NCBI RefSeq assembly: GCF_006345805.1
Contig: NC_043020.1
Location: 8,990,001 to 9,054,000 of the forward strand
Length of the DNA stretch: 64,000 nt
Source: Octopus sinensis
Lineage: Eukaryota
Reading direction: 5' to 3'
Shown: piece after piece, positions 47,566 through 60,250 of the stretch
Layout: each line of letters opens with the position of its first letter
Numbering within the stretch: the first letter of the stretch is position 1
Notes under the pieces: model-generated
What the model saw: the letters and a program-made list of their open reading frames with translations, nothing else
What the model was told of the DNA's origin: nothing
The model's database searches: none
Translations under genes and position numbers: made by a program

Positions 47566-48284
47566 ACCACTCACAGCCTGCCTAGGGTTTAACAACCACT
47601 TGTTTCATCAATGAAAGGCAAAGTGAATCTCTGCCAAGTTTGAACTCTGCTTGATCAAAACGAAAGTCTTTGAGCCGTTCCCAGTTCATCAGGAACTGGC
47701 TTTCGACCTGCTTCCATACCTTAGAAAACCTCTAATACTGCAGTACTTTTGAAGATTAACCTGTCCTAAGGCCAAAAGTGATATACATTCTCCCAGTTAG
47801 TGAATCTAGGTTTTATATTGTTACTTTTCCTGCCAGATGGTATTAATAGATTCATCAGACTTACTATAAATCTATTTTCCGCTCCTAATCCAACAGAATC
47901 TCAGGCTATTTTCTCTGCCTTTTTTCCTCTTTTTCTTTTTATTATTATTTATCTCTAGTAAACATCTCCAGCTGATTACTAATTAATCTCAGTAATTCCT
48001 CAAAGATTAAAAAACATCTATTCCTGTTCTTCCTGATCAGATGACCCAAACTATCTGGAGCCTTTTAATTATCTCGATAAATGGCAGGTGGAGGGAACAC
48101 TATCAGATAGAATTAGGGATGTCACTTTGCATTGTGTTCAGTTTTGGCTGTCTTCCTTTCAGGGGGTCAATAAAAAGACTGGTCAAGTACTGGGGTCAGT
48201 TTAGTTAACTAAACACTGCCACATCTCCTCTCCCACCACATTTCTGGACTGGTGCCTACAGAAGAAACTATTTTTTATTACAAA

Positions 48285-48490
48285 GGTGCTGATTTGGCAG
48301 AATTGTTAGCATGCTGGAAAAAAATTCTTACAACATGGACAAATGGCTGCTGAGTTCAAATTCTGCTGGGGTTGACCCTATCTATTACTCTTTTGGGGTT
48401 GATGAAATAATCTCCACTTGAGCCCTGGGGTTGATGTAATTGACTAGCCCCATCCTCCAAATTTCAGGCCCCATACTTAGAGTAGAAAGG

Positions 48491-48534
<44 letters not shown>

Positions 48535-48870
48535 GGTGGTGAGCTGGCAGAATCGTTAGCATGCCAGGCAAAATGCTTATCAACATTTTGTCCATCTTTA
48601 CATTCTGAGTTCAAATTCCACCGAGGTTGACTTTGCCTTCCATCCTTTCAGGGTCGATAAAGTACCAGTTGTATACTGGGGTCAATCTAATTTACTGGCT
48701 CCCCCTCCCCCCAAATTTCAGGCTTTGTGCCTATGGTAGAAAGGATTATTATTATTATAAAGATGGTAAGTGAGCAGAATTGTTAGCACTATAGACAAAG
48801 TGTTTCCTAGAATTTCTTGTAGGTCTCCATTCTGAGATCAAATTCTGCTGAGGTTGTCTTTGGTTACTGG
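48285..48870 (+). mobile_element. stack of three family B (ATT-tail) SINEs
   Basis: Heads near 48290, 48535 and 48760, separated by (ATT)n tails. Confidence 0.8.
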
Positions 48871-49660
48871 TTAATGTAATTAGCTTCCATCTACCAAATC
48901 TACTTGCAAGGCCTGAAGTTATAGTAGAAGACACTTGCCCAAGGTGCCATGCAGTGGGATTGAACCCGGTGGTTGGGAGGCAAGCATCTTACCACACAGC
49001 CATACCTGTGCCGATGACTAACAACAACAATAGTGATTTCAAATTTTTGCACAAGGCCAGCAATTTCGAGGTGGGGGTAAATCAATTACTTTGACTCCAG
49101 TGCTTTAATAGTAATATTAATAATAATAATAATAATAATAATAATTAAACTGTTGTTTAACCCCCAGGTCAGCTGTGGTGTAGCAGACATATAATCAAAG
49201 GCATTCCAGCTGTGACCATCCTGTTTGATTTATGCTTTGCTTCACATAACTAGACCTTCCTTCTACAATGTCCTTTATTGAAGAGGATTGGCTGTGATTT
49301 AAGAGAGATTTGATTGCTATTTCTACCAGGTGGAGCTACTGCATTGAGCTGTGGTTGCTGTGACAATTCAATGACCTGTTATTCTGGCTGCTGCTAACAT
49401 CTAAACAGAAACAGCAGCGTCTTGTGTGCTGTGGTAGCAATCACAGCTGACTAGCAGCAGCCATTGTCAGCTTCTTGTTTGTGTTGTTGTTGTTGTTGTT
49501 GTGGTGGTGGGGAGAATAAATATCAGTCAGGGGCTAATGTTTGTGTTTATCTTCACAACATAGTTTATCAGTGTTTTTGTTTTTAATCTCAAATTGCCTT
49601 AAATAGGTTAGCACAAGCAGGAACTTAACTACTGTTTCTCCTTGCAGATGATGTACTCCA

Positions 49661-49694
<34 letters not shown>

Positions 49695-49704
49695 CAACAA
49701 CAAT

Positions 49705-50122
49705 AGGCGCAGGAGTGGCTGTGTGGTAAGTAGCTTGCTAACCAACCACATGGTTCCGGGTTCAGTCCCACTGCATGGCATCTTGGGCAAGTGTCTTCTG
49801 CTATAGCCCCGGGCCGACCAATGCCTTGTGAGTGGATTTGGTAGACGGAAACTGAAAGAAGCCTGTCGTATATATGTATATATATATAAGTGTGTATATG
49901 TTTGTGTGTCTGTGTTTGTCCCCCTAGCATTGCTTGACAACCGATGCTGGTGTGTTTACGTCCCCGTCACTTAGCGGTTCGGCAAAAAGAGACCGATAGA
50001 ATAAGTACTGGGCTTACAAAGAATAAGTCCCGGGGTCGAGTTGCTCGACTAAAGGCGGTGCTCCAGCATGGCTGCAGTCAAATGACTGAAACAAGTAAAA
50101 GAGTAAAAAGAGAGTAAGAGTA
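49705..50122 (+). mobile_element. SINE family A, young copy
   Basis: Consensus match. Confidence 0.9.
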
Positions 50123-50400
50123 ACCGTAGAATATTTTCCACTTTTTCTATCCTGACAGATCTGTTGTTACTCATGCAAGTACAGTGATGAGTGAAGTCTT
50201 GGCTTCACTGAAGAGGACTAACAAGACTGAAACATGTCTAGCATTGCACCCCTTTACTTTGTAAAAGAATCAAAAGCATATTATTCATTAACTTAACGTA
50301 TTTTTTGCCCATATTTGTTCAAGCAAGTAGTCCCCCCCCCCATCGCCTTCTGTTCCACTAATTTTCTTTTTATTTTCTTTTTAAGTGAATTTTTCCTGTT

Positions 50401-50822
50401 TTACTCTTTACTCTTTTTACTCTTTTTACTTGTTTCAGTCATTTGACTGCGGCCATGCTGGAGCACCGCCTTTAGTCGAGCAAATCGACCCCGGGACTTA
50501 TTCTTTGTAAGCCCAGTACTCATTCCATCGGTCTCCCTTGCCGAACCGCTAAGTTACGGGGACCCAAACACACCAGCATCGGTTGTCAAGCAATGCTAGG
50601 GGGACAAACACAGACACACAAACATATTCACACACACTTATATATATATACATATATACGACAGGCTTCTTTCAGTTTCCGTCTACCAGATCCACTCACA
50701 AGGCATTGGTTGGCCCGGGGCTATAGCAGAAGACACTTGCCCAAGATGCCACGCAGTGGGACTGAACCCGGAACCATGTGGTTGGTTAGCAAGCTACTTA
50801 CCACACAGCTACTCCTGCGCCT
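50401..50822 (-). mobile_element. SINE family A, young copy
   Basis: Consensus match; inverted relative to 49705-50122. Confidence 0.9.
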
Positions 50823-51167
50823 ACTGTTTTAAAACAGTATTTGAGTTTTCATGTTTTGAAACAAATATAAATTTTTTTTTTTTTTTACGTAATCAGTAAT
50901 TAGTGCTGGGATATTTACAGTGGCAGTGTTCACCCTGTCCTTTTATGTGAATATGTATTTAATTTGTATTCTAAGGATAGAAATATATATTTTGTTTGTG
51001 TTTGGAAAAAAATTTAGCTTAAAATGTTGCTTTTGGTGTCTGTCAGTCTATTAAAAGTTGAAAATGCAATTATAAATCCAAGGAGGGCCAGCAATGGCCA
51101 TGAGTAATAAAACAAGAAGAAATTTAAGCCATTGATGACAAAAGGAATTTCTGTCTCTCTCTCTGAT

Positions 51168-51275
51168 TCTCTCTTTTCCTTCCTTCCTTCCTTCCTTCCT
51201 TCCTTCCTTCCTTCCTTCCTTCCTTCCTTCCTTCCTTCCTTCCTTCCTTCCTTCCTTCCTTCCTTCTTCCTTCCT

Positions 51276-51306
<31 letters not shown>

Positions 51307-51470
51307 CTCTCCTCTTTCTTTTTCTCTTTCTTTCTTTCTCTCTTTTTCTCTTTCCTTTTCTCTTTCTTTCTCTCTTTTTTTCTCTCTCTGATTCTCTCTT
51401 TTCCTTCCTTCTTTCTTTCTCTCTTTCTCTCTTTCTTTCTCTCTCTCTCTCTTTCTCTCTCTCCTTATTC
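51168..51470. repeat. (TTCC)n and CT-rich polypyrimidine tract
   Basis: Visible. Confidence 0.95.
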
Positions 51471-52159
51471 TCTCCCACTCTGTTTCACCTCTCCACCCCC
51501 CTCTGCTATCAGCTTTCCTTCTTGATCTCCCACATACTCCTCCTCTTCTCCCCCTCTCACATCCACACTGTATTATTGTATTTGTCTTAAAGAGTCTAAT
51601 TGTTTTAGGTATAGCTGTGTGTGTGTGTGTGTGTGTGTGTTTGACATGTGCAGATTGCTATGGAAACCTTTTTATACTTAGCCTTATTGCAAACTAGTCT
51701 TGTGGACAATAATAATAGTTGTTTACACACACACTTGTATACACACATTGGTGTATGTTGATGTTAAGTGGAGGCACACACCTCATGCATTGGATGGATC
51801 ATAATTGTAGATGTCAAGTGATACACAAACACACTTCAGTAGTTGTGATGTCAGTCATGTGACATGGAGACAGTCAACCAAACAATGTGCCACCCACCCA
51901 CCAGCCCACCCACCCATCGACATACAAATTCATTGTAGTTCTGCCATATCTTTGCTGAACTGAAGATCATCAACTGAAGAGCACCAACCACCGGATACAG
52001 AGATGAATCCTATAAGCTGGATGCTGTAGTATTCTTTCCAGAATCCACTCTCTGTGCTCTGCCTTTGTTGCAACAACCACAACAAGCCGTAGACAAGGTA
52101 GACTTATGGTACAACAGTCACTGTTCCTTTGCACTTAATTTGGTGATGATTGTGTGCAT

Positions 52160-52430
52160 TCCGTTACCTTCTCGGGGTTGTACCGACTGATAAGGGCTGG
52201 TTTCCCAGTTTCCATGGCATATAAATTCCCCCCCCCCCAACCACCACCACCTGGATGGGATGCCAGTCCCTTGCAGGATTAGCTCATTTTTGCCTGCTGA
52301 GAGGACTGGAACAATGTGAAATGAAGTGTCTTGCTCAAGAACACAATGTGTCGCCTGGTCCAGGAATTGAAACCCCAATTTTATGATCATGAGTCCAGCA
52401 CCCGAAACATTAAGCCATGTGCCTCCACTG
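52160..52430 (-). mobile_element. SINE family E with V-domain-like core
   Basis: Minus strand: gtggaggcacatggcttaatg head, cttgagcaagacac, ggactggcatcccatccagg, ccatggaaactggg. A diverged copy lies at about 32205-32415. Confidence 0.65.
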
Positions 52431-52654
52431 TGCATTCCATTGCAGTTTTTTGAATCAGTGACACAATTTCCATTGCATCTATTCCTGTGTGTGTGCGTGA
52501 GCATGTTTCATGCTTTTCCCTAGATGAGTCGGAGAATTAGTGTTTTGGTGAGGTGGACTGTTTGTTTTAATATTCTAGGGGTATTGTATGTGTGTGTGGG
52601 TGTGAGTATCTGGAGATAGTTTGACCTGTTGTGGTAATGTTGAATGTATATATA

Positions 52655-52887
52655 TATTTCTTTACTACCCACAAGGGGCAAAACACAGAGGGGACAAACA
52701 AGGACAGGCAAACGGATTAAGTCGATTACATCGACCCCAGTGCGTAACTGGTACTTAATTTATCGACCCCGAAAGGATGAAAGGCAAAGTCGACCTCGGC
52801 GGAATTTGAACTCGGAACGTAATGACAGACGAAATACGGCTACACATCTCGGCCGGCGTGCTAACGTTTCTGCTAGCTCGCCGCCTT
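52655..52887 (-). mobile_element. SINE family B monomer
   Basis: Young B consensus. Confidence 0.85.
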
Positions 52888-53004
52888 GTTGAATGAATGT
52901 ATATATAGTAGCATCTATATTGGTGATCGTTGCATTGAATTCTGAAAACTTTGGTTCTAAGTTCCTTGGTGGAACTCCATCCATTGCTCTTTTTCAAAGT
53001 TGGT

Positions 53005-53233
53005 TTAACCCTTTAGCATTTAAACCGGCCATATCCGGCCCAAATTTTCTACTTCTTTTATGTTCAAACCATCTAGATCTGGCCTTTCACTCATATCCTA
53101 CAATGACATCCTCAAAATAAAACCATCATATCATCAAATTCTCCGAGCTACAAGATAATGCGGGATTAATTCAAAACAATGTGAATGAAAAAGCTTTATA
53201 TTTGACAGAGTAATCTGAACACTAAAAGGTTAA
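53005..53233 (+). mobile_element. piggyBac-type TTAA MITE (P1)
   Basis: TTAA-flanked; near-identical to 7738-7965. Confidence 0.9.
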
Positions 53234-53558
53234 GTATTTTTGTAACATATTGGTGTGTTTTGAAAATGATTAATAACTGGTCCAAAGAAATTTGCCAATG
53301 ATTGCCAAATGGCTATAGTAAGCGGGTGTCTAGTATAGAATACTTTCTATTGGTTCAAGGAAATTTCTCCGTAAACATTTTTGCCATTGGAAAATTTGTT
53401 GCTAAAAAAAGAATTGAAAAGAAAATTGAAGAAAAAAAATTAGCTGTTTTCTTAAAATAGCAACTTCATCAACTAACCTGCTAATTAGAGAAAGGTAATT
53501 TCTTGATAACGAGTTATTTAATTTACAGTCTGCTTTATGAGCCTCCTTTATGGTGAAA

Positions 53559-53952
53559 CTAGCAGTATCGCCCGGCGTTGCTCAGGTTTGTAAGGGAAAT
53601 AACTATAAAGCATTTTTAGAGAGTTATAGCCAAAAAATAGCAAAAAATGCATTAAAAATGGAAAAAAAATTATGGTAAATTTTTTTTAAAATCGTTGACT
53701 CATCGTAGACATTTTTAGAGAGTTACTTCCCTTATATTAAAAAAAATATGCATTAAAATGGAAAAAAATGATGGTAAATTATTTTTAAAATCGTAGACTC
53801 ATCGTAGACGCGTGCTAATACCCAGAAGGGCTTGATATGAATCACGACTATAAGATACCTAGTTTTGGTTAAACTGCACCGCAAAATGTGGGAGTAGTTA
53901 GGAATCTAAATCGGAGTAGACAGACACACAACCTTTCTTTTATATATAAAGA
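53559..53952 (-). mobile_element. non-autonomous Helitron (same family as 44698-45096)
   Basis: Minus strand A|TC ... CTAG|T; internal tandem duplication of about 100 bp. Confidence 0.9.
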
Positions 53953-54934
53953 TTTCTTATGGCAAATTTTATCACTGCAAAATGTTTGCATCAGATTTTC
54001 TGGACATGTTTTTATCTGGAGAAAGTTGTAGTTGATCTGGTTTTAAGATTTAAAGGGGATTCACTCAGAATGTTATTGTTGCCTCTTTTGTTGTCTATAG
54101 TATTTGAAATCCAGGGTGTATTGAGTGCATTAAATCTCTCTCAGTGATTGTTTGTGGATGTGTTTGTAGTGCTGTAGTAGTGGGACAGTTGTAGTTGATA
54201 TGTATCTGTGACTTTGTATGTGAGGTGATTTTTCTTTTTCCTTTTTTCTTTTTTGTCAGTCCTGCCAGTTAGGACTGCCAGACCAGTCAAGGTCATTGGT
54301 GTTGTTGCCTGCCTTTCACTTTTGTTGCTCTGAATTCAATAAAAAAAAAAGAAAAGAAAAGAAAAAAGAAGAATGTCTGAATTAAATTTGTTCTTTTTCC
54401 ATCTTTCTTCCCTATCTGACAAAAAAACCCCTCAATATAAAAGAACATGTTTAGCCTTACTTGAACTTGTGACCTTTTGCTTGCAAAGGATCTCTTCTAG
54501 TCCTGCTGCCTCTGTTCTCACACCCTGAGCACTCAATCACCGCATTTGAACTTAGACATTTTAGGGAAAACATAACCTTTCCCAATCCTACTCTCCCTTA
54601 CTTTAAAGGATCATGATATTTGGTTACATGGTGATGGTAGGAGGGCAGCAGGGGTGGGTGATTGAGGTAGAGTGAAAGGGTTCAATTAATGAATTTTCTC
54701 CTCCCTTTTTTGCAACTGTCAATACAGAGAGGCATTGTTCAGAACTAGGTACATTTGAACCAATTATCCCCAGGATGCATTTTAGGCATGTTATCTCTTT
54801 GTGTACTTGGACTTATTATCCCAATAGACATACAATATCAATGTTATCTTGAGTACACAAACCATTGTCACCAATGGTGGTGGTGTTGGGAGACTCTAGT
54901 GTTTTCAACATTCCAAGGTAATCACATTACTCTT

Positions 54935-55330
54935 CCCTTCTCCCTCTCTCCCTATCTCTGTCCCCTTCTTTCTCTCTGTCCCTCTTTCTCTCTGTCCCCC
55001 CTTTCTCTCTGTCCCTCCTTTCTCTCTCTCTATTTCTCTGTCCCTCCTTTCTCTCTGTCCCCCCTTTCTCTCTGTCCCTCCTTTCTCTCTCTCTATTTCT
55101 CTGTCCCTCCTTTCTCTCTGTCCCCCCTTTCTCTCTGTCCCTCCTTTCTCTCTCTCTCTTTCTCTGTCCCTCCTTTCTCTCTCTCTATTTCTCTGTCCCT
55201 CCTTTCTCTCTCTCTTTCTTGGTCCCTCCTTTCTCTCTTTCTCTCCCTCTCTCCTCTCTCCTCACCTTCTCTCACCCCCTTTCCACTCTCCCTCCCCCAC
55301 CACTCCCCCTGCCCCTCCACTTCTCTCTTT
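54935..55330. repeat. CT-rich minisatellite (ctctctgtccctccttt core)
   Basis: Visible. Confidence 0.9.
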
Positions 55331-55462
55331 CCTAGTTAACATGTGAACCCTCTTGTGAGTTCAAACCACATTAAAAGCCAACTTTGCTTTTTAATTCTTT
55401 TGAGGTTGATTAATTATCAGATACATACTTGGATCACTCTGTCTGTTTGTCTATATGTCCGG

Positions 55463-55499
<37 letters not shown>

Positions 55500-56181
55500 A
55501 AGGGCATCCAGCCATAGAAACCATGCCAAATCAGACTGGAACCTGGTACAGGTCTCCAGCTTTCCAGTTCCAGTCAAACTATCTGACCCATGCCAGCATG
55601 GAAAGCAGATGCTAAATGATGATGATGATGCAGCCCTGTTGATTCAGATATTTTCTCCCTCCCCACTTATCCCTCTCTCCATTTGTTTTCTCCATTTTTT
55701 TGTACATTTTTTAATCAACCACACACACACACACAACACAGTGGTAGAAACTAGATATATCATTATCATCGTTTAATGTCCATCTTCCATGCTGGCATGG
55801 ATAGGACACACACACACAAATCATCATTTAATGTCCCTTTTCTATGCCGGTATGGTTGGGACAGTTTGACAAGAACAGATGAGCCAGAAAGCTATGCCAG
55901 GTTCTATGTCTGCTTTGACATGGTTTCTACTGCTGGATGCCTTTCCTAATGCCAACCACTTGAAAGTGTACTGGGTGCCTTTTATGTGGCACCAGCACCA
56001 GTGAGGTAACCAAGTACCCTCAAGATAAGACTCCCTCAGCTTAGCAGAGTATAGACTCAAGAAACTATGATGGAGAGAGAGAGAGAAAGAACGGGTGTGC
56101 AAGTGGGTGGCCAATGTGATGTGCAGCTACAATGTGAATATGAGACAGTAGGAAATGCACTGAGTGAAAATAGTGTGAGAG

Positions 56182-56409
56182 ATGACCCTTTAGTGTTTAA
56201 ACGGGCCATATCCGACCCAAATATTCTACATGTTTTATATTCAAACTGGCCATATCTAGCCTCTCACACCTGACCTACAGTGACATTCTAAAAATAAACA
56301 ATCATATCATTGAAACCTCAAAGCTATAAGATAATGCATGATTAATTCAAAACAATTTGAGTGAAAAAGTATTACATTTAACAGAGAAATCTGAACACCA
56401 AAGGGTTAG
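56182..56409 (+). mobile_element. piggyBac-type MITE (P1), diverged ends
   Basis: ccctttagtg ... aaaggg with degraded TTAA sites. Confidence 0.75.
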
Positions 56410-56529
56410 AGATAGGGAATGAGTTGGGTGCTGTGGATGTCAGTTCGGTGTAACAGAAAGCGAAGAAAATAGAAGACAAATTATGGGAGGAAAGCTTGAC
56501 AGAATCTCAATTCTGCTAGGATGGGCAGG

Positions 56530-57220
56530 TTTTATCAAACACAGCATAAGACCACCCAGCTCCGTCCTCCCGTCATCTCCTCTGAGGGGGATCAACGTCT
56601 TGAGGTTGGTCTTCACCATTTCATCCCACATCTTCCTACTCTTTACTCTTTTACTTGTTTCAGTCATTTGACTGCGGCCATGCTGGAGCACCGCCTTTAG
56701 TTGAGCAACTCGACCCCGGGACTCATTCTTTGTAAGCCCAGTACTTATTGTATCGGTCTCTTTTGCCGAACCGCTAAGTGACGGGGACATAAACACACCA
56801 GCATCGGTTGTCAAGCAATGCTAGGGGGACAAACACAGACACACACACGCACACATATATATATATATACACACATATATACGACAGGCTTCTTTCAGTT
56901 TCCGCCTACCAAATCCACTCACAAGGCTTTGGTCGGCCCGAGGCTATAGCAGAAGACACTTGCCCAAGGTGCCATGCAGTGGGACTGAACCCGGAACCAA
57001 GCAAGGTGCCATGCAGTGGGACTGAACCCGGAACCAAGCAAGCTACTTAACACACAGCCACTCCTGCGTCTACTTCTTCCACATGTTTCGTCCACTTTTA
57101 GCAATTGGCACTTGTTTACATGGCTGTCCTCATCCTTCTACGTCCCATGACAGCACACTCTTCTCTTCTGTTGATCACACTGCACACCCACCAGAGCAAC
57201 ACACACACACACTCTCTCTC
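56530..57220 (-). mobile_element. RTE LINE fragment split by a family A SINE (56639-57069)
   Basis: KCQLLKVDETCGR on one side and RKMWDEMVKTNLK on the other. Confidence 0.75.
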
Positions 57221-57334
57221 TCTCTCTGGCATAGTTATGTTGATAACCTCTTGTTAGAATTCAAAATACATAATCCTTCAGACTTAGTGGTAGGCAAGTA
57301 CAGTTGATTATATAATTCCTATTCTCTTATTCCA

Positions 57335-57566
57335 TATATATATATGTTGTTGTGTGTGTTGTGTGTATATAATGTTGTGTGTGTGTATTATATATGTATG
57401 TGTGTGTGTTGTGGTATATATATATGTATGTGTGGTGTGTGTGTATATATATATGTATGTGTGTGTGTGTGTGTAATATATATATGTGATGTGTTGTGTG
57501 TGTGTATATATATGTGTATGGTGTGTGTGTGTTGTGTATATATATGTATGTGTGTGTGTGTGTGTG

Positions 57567-57602
<36 letters not shown>

Positions 57603-58042
57603 TGTATGTGTGTGTGTGTGTATATAATATGTGTGTGTGTGTGTGTATATATATATGTGTGTGTGTGTAATGTATATATATGGTGTGTGTGTGTGTGTAT
57701 ATATATATGTGTGTTGTGTGTGTGTTATATATATGTTGTTGTGTGGTATATATATGTTGTGTGTGTGTATATATATGTGTTGTGTTGTGTGTATATATAA
57801 TGTGTGTGTGTGTGTGTGTATATATGTGTGTGTGTGTGTGTATATATATGTGTGTGTGTGTGGTGTTATATATGTTGTGTGTGTGTGTGTGGTATATATA
57901 TTTGTGTGTGTGTGTGTGTATATATATGTGTGTGTGTGTGTGTATATATATGTGTGTGTGTGTGTGTTGTATATACGTAGTGTGTGTGTGTGTATATATA
58001 TACGTATGTGTGTGTGTGTGTATATATATATGTGTGTGTGTG

Positions 58043-58073
<31 letters not shown>

Positions 58074-58492
58074 ATATATATATGTGTGTGTGTGTGTGTA
58101 TATATATATGTGTGTGTGTGTGTATATATGTGTGTGTGTGTATATATATATGTATGTGTGTGTGTGTGTGTGTGTATATATGTGTGTGTGTGTATATATA
58201 TGTATGTGTGTGTGTATATATATATGTGTGTGTGTGTATCTATATATGTGTGTGTGTGTATATATATATATGGGTGTGTGTGTATATACATAATGTGTGG
58301 TGTGTATATATATATATGTGTGTGTGTGTTATATATATATATGTGTGGGTGTGTATATATATATATAGTGTGGTGTGTGTATATATATATATATGTGTGT
58401 GTGTGGTGTGGTTAATATATGTGTGTGTGTATATATATGTGTGTGTGAGTGTGTATATATATGTTGTGTGTGTGTGTGTGTATATATGTGTG

Positions 58493-58525
<33 letters not shown>

Positions 58526-59100
58526 GTGTATATATATGTGTGTGGTGTGTATGGTGTTGTGTGTGTATATATATGTATGTGTGTGGTGTGTATATATATA
58601 TGTATGGTGTGTGTGTGTATATATATATGTGTGTGTGTATATATATATATGTGTGTGTGTGTATATATATATATGTGTGTGTGTGTATATATATATGTTG
58701 TGTGTGTGGTGTATATATATGTGTGTGTGTGTGTATATATATATGTGTGGTGTGTGTATATATATATATATTTGTGTGTGTGTATATAATAATGTGGTGT
58801 GTGTGTATATATATATGGTGTGTGTGTGTGTATATATATATATGGTGTGTGTGTGTTATATATGTGGTGTGTGTGTGTATAATATGTGTGTGTGTTGTTG
58901 TATATATATATGTGTGTGTGTTGTATATATATATGTGTGTGTGTTGTAATATATATTATGTGTGTGTTGTGTATATATATATCTGTATTGTGTATATATA
59001 TATGTGTGTGTGTGTGTATATATATGTGTGTGTGTGTTATATATAGTGTGGTGTATGTGTGTATATAGATGTGTGTGTATGTGTGTATATATATGTGTGT

Positions 59101-59142
<42 letters not shown>

Positions 59143-59309
59143 ATATATATGTATGTGTGTATATATATGTGTGTGTGTATATATGTGTGTGTGTGTGTGT
59201 GTATATGTGTGTGTGTATATATGTGTGTGTGTGTGTGTATATGTGTGTGTGTATATATATATATATATGTATGTGTGTATATATATATGTGTGTGTGTGT
59301 GTATATATG

Positions 59310-59344
<35 letters not shown>

Positions 59345-59888
59345 ATATATGTGTGTGTGTGTGTATATATGTGTGTGTGTGTGTATATATGTGTGTGTGT
59401 GTGTATATATGTGTGTGTGTATATATATGTGTGTGTGTGTGTATATATATATATATGTGTGTGTGTGTATATATATATGTGTGTGTATATATATGTGTGT
59501 GTGTGTGTATATATATATATGTGTGTGTGTGTATATATATATATGTGTGTGTGTGTATATATATATATGTGTGTGTGTGTGTATATATATATATGTGTGT
59601 GTGTGTATATATATATATGTGTGTGTGTGTGTATATATATATATGTGTGTGTGTGTATATATATATATAACCCATGCTAGCATGGAAAACGGACGCTAAA
59701 TGATGATGATGATGAAATGATGATGTATGTGTGTATATATATATGTGTGTTGTGTGTGTGTATATATGTGTGGTGTGTGTGTTGTATATATATTGTGTGT
59801 GTGTGTGTATATATGTGTGTGTGTATATATGTGTGTGTGTATATATGTGTGTGTGTGTGTATATGTGTGTGTGTGGTGTATATATATA

Positions 59889-59929
<41 letters not shown>

Positions 59930-60250
59930 ATATATATAATATATATATATGTATGTGTGTATATATATATGTATGTATGTGTGTATATATATATGTGTGT
60001 GTGTGTGTATATATGTGTGTGTGTGTGTGTATATGTGTGTGTGTATATATATGTGTGTGTGTGTGTATATATATGTGTGTGTATATATATATATATGTGT
60101 GTGTGTGTATATATATATGTGTGTGTATCATATATATAGGTGTGTGTGTGTGTGTGTGTATATATATAATGTGTGTGGGTGTGTGTGTGTGTTGTTGTAT
60201 ATATATATATATATATAATATATAGATATATATATATATATGTGTGAGAG
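57335..60250. repeat. about 2.9-kb compound (TA)n/(TG)n microsatellite
   Basis: Visible; source of all ORFs 57344-60324. Confidence 0.97.
59669..59725 (+). mobile_element. extremely 5'-truncated family C/RTE insertion
   Basis: aacccatgctagcatggaaaacggacgctaaa followed by (tga)n, matching the end of the 63430-63742 copy. Confidence 0.85.

Noticed and set aside
54260-54343. Acceptor + ORF xLPVRTARPVKVIGVVACLSLLLL* + AATAAA; similar acceptor at about 60675
   Set aside because: The pyrimidine tracts are part of low-complexity runs that are frequent here, and nothing independent supports them.
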